A DNA stretch of 64,000 bases from Lama glama (Eukaryota). The stretch covers positions 18,292,001 to 18,356,000 of the forward strand of contig CM052817.1 in NCBI GenBank assembly GCA_028534125.1, read 5' to 3'. Under the pieces are notes generated by a model. The model was not told the DNA's origin, did no database searches, and saw nothing but the letters and a program-made list of their open reading frames with translations. The position numbers and the translations under genes were made by a program. Below are positions 62,331-64,000 of the stretch, piece after piece; positions within the stretch are counted from its first letter, which is position 1, and each line of letters opens with the position of its first letter.

Positions 62331-63539
62331 CCCTACTCATTCCCCTTGAGAGCGATCTCATTCATTTCAGAGTAGTCTACCAAAGATATCTCTCACCCTG
62401 CCAAACTGTGGAGACCACCAGATCAACAGTTCTTTCCTCCCCAGACCTCACACAAATACTGTCATTTCCTCATGCCTAGTTCCCTCCAATGAGGACTTCG
62501 AGTTCAAATGCTTTGATCTCTGACAGGTATAGACATGAAATTGACAGGGAGCAAGGCAGCCAGCGGAGGGGAGTCCTAGGAGGTTGTGGGAGGCCGGCCC
62601 GTGCTGTTGAACCATTTTGGAATCATTCTCAGGAGCGAGGCAGCCCAGGAGAAGGTCTATAACCCGGATTGCAGCCGCAGCCTGCATCTGACAAGTTTAT
62701 TTCCACAGTTGGATGTGATTTGCCTTAATGCTGGTATCCCTCCCACCAAGGTGCATGCTGTTTGCTCAGATGTTGGTCACATTTTGATAATCATTTAATC
62801 TTTATTTATTCTGTGCACCCTACGGTGCAGATAATCATCTCTGGCTGCCACAGGAGGAGACCGGCTGGAGTCAATATGGAACCCAAGGACCCTTCCCGAC
62901 GGGATTTTTCTCAAGAGATGGATGTGTCAATTTAAGTGGAAAGTTCCTCGCAAAACTGATTGTAGACAGGACTGGAATTTTCAATTTCCAGCAAATGAGA
63001 AAAACGGGGGAAATTTTCTTTTTATTTTCAATTAAGGAATTCTGATTAAGCACCTATCCCCCCCCCTTTTTTTTTACTTACTATAATACTTGTATTTTGG
63101 TAATTTCTCTATCACCTAACCCTTGACATAAAAATGCTTGAGCTCATCAATTTCTATAACTGGACTAGAGATCAGGGGATTGAGAAGAGTAAAACAGTGC
63201 AAAGGATTTTCAAGTTTCATTGATGCATCCCTTCACCTATTCATAAAAGAAATTGGCATTTTAAATTTAACTTGTGTTGTTTTTAAATCTATGATATCTT
63301 TTTTTAGGCTTTGTTACAAGGGTTATGGTGGCTTGCTAAAAGTAAATTAGGATGCTTTCTATATTCTTTTCTGTTCAAACAGTACTTATTAGTATTAAAA
63401 TTACATATGATTTCTTTTTGATTCATGAGTTTTCAAAAAATAATCTTTTTAATTCTTAAAAGAACTTGTGTATATTTTGTTCTTGGATATTCTTATCTGT
63501 TTTCCACCATGGGACTTTCAGAACGTTTGGATCATTCTT

Positions 63540-63601
63540 TTTTCTTTTTTTTTTTAACATTTTTTTATTGATTTATAATCATTTTACAATGTTGTGTCAA
63601 A
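63540..63601 (-). mobile_element. 62-bp extreme 5'-truncated L1 insertion with 14-bp TSD
   Basis: Poly-T plus aacattttttttattgatttataatcattttacaatgttgtgtcaaa, flanked by tttggatcattctt (63526-63539) and tttggattattctt (63602-63615). Confidence 0.8.
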
Positions 63602-63958
63602 TTTGGATTATTCTTAATCAAGAAAAATGTTACTTGAACTTTTGACTCTTGCCCATGAATATTATTTTCTTTAGTCTGTGAATCAAAAACTCAGCCAAGG
63701 GAGATAAGAGACGCAGAGAGTAGACTGAAGGGCATTTGAGAGGTCCTTTCATTCTCAATCATCAGAGAGCAGGGTAAGTGGACCTCATGGCTTTGACTTT
63801 CTGCTTAGCACTGAGTTGGACATTGACACGGTGCCCTCAGCTTACACTGAGGGCTGTCCTGAAGAAATCAAAGTTTTGTAGGAGGATTGCTAAAGACACT
63901 GAACTCTATACTACTCTGTATCCTCTGGATACACCTGTACACGATCTTTCATTTAGAC

Positions 63959-64000
63959 CTGTGCTGTCCACATGTGGCTATTAAGCACCTGAAATATGGC
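63959..64000. mobile_element. Start of a MER3/MER33-like hAT element (runs off the window)
   Basis: ctgtgctgtcca...catgtggctattaagcacctgaaatatggc. Confidence 0.6.

Noticed and set aside
1..64000. Prokaryote-type or viral system (CRISPR, operon, intact ERV, active transposase)
   Set aside because: The sequence is mammalian. I saw only solo LTRs and decayed elements, with no repeat-spacer array or long coding frame.

Overview
This is mammalian, non-coding, repeat-rich DNA, most likely from a camelid (alpaca, llama or camel). The species inference rests on a tRNA-derived SINE resembling Tylopoda Vic-1 at about 49.9-50.0 kb and on cetartiodactyl-type L1 3' ends. I could not support any protein-coding exon, RNA gene or CRISPR array. 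The listed ORFs are chance frames, microsatellite translations, N-gap artefacts or decayed L1 ORF2. The window contains MIR, L2, L1, MaLR/ERVL solo LTRs, hAT DNA transposons, microsatellites and a 500-N gap (54304-54803). Between the repeats are several repeat-free blocks rich in transcription-factor motifs that look like enhancers of a gene desert or large intron. The most unusual unexplained structure is a diverged inverted duplication of about 260 bp (29713-29967 and 31761-32027). Its arms keep two perfectly identical 20- and 21-bp blocks carrying homeodomain cores, and a CTCF-like site lies about 200 bp away. Repeat subfamily names come from recalled consensus sequences, not from a search, and most repeat boundaries are approximate.
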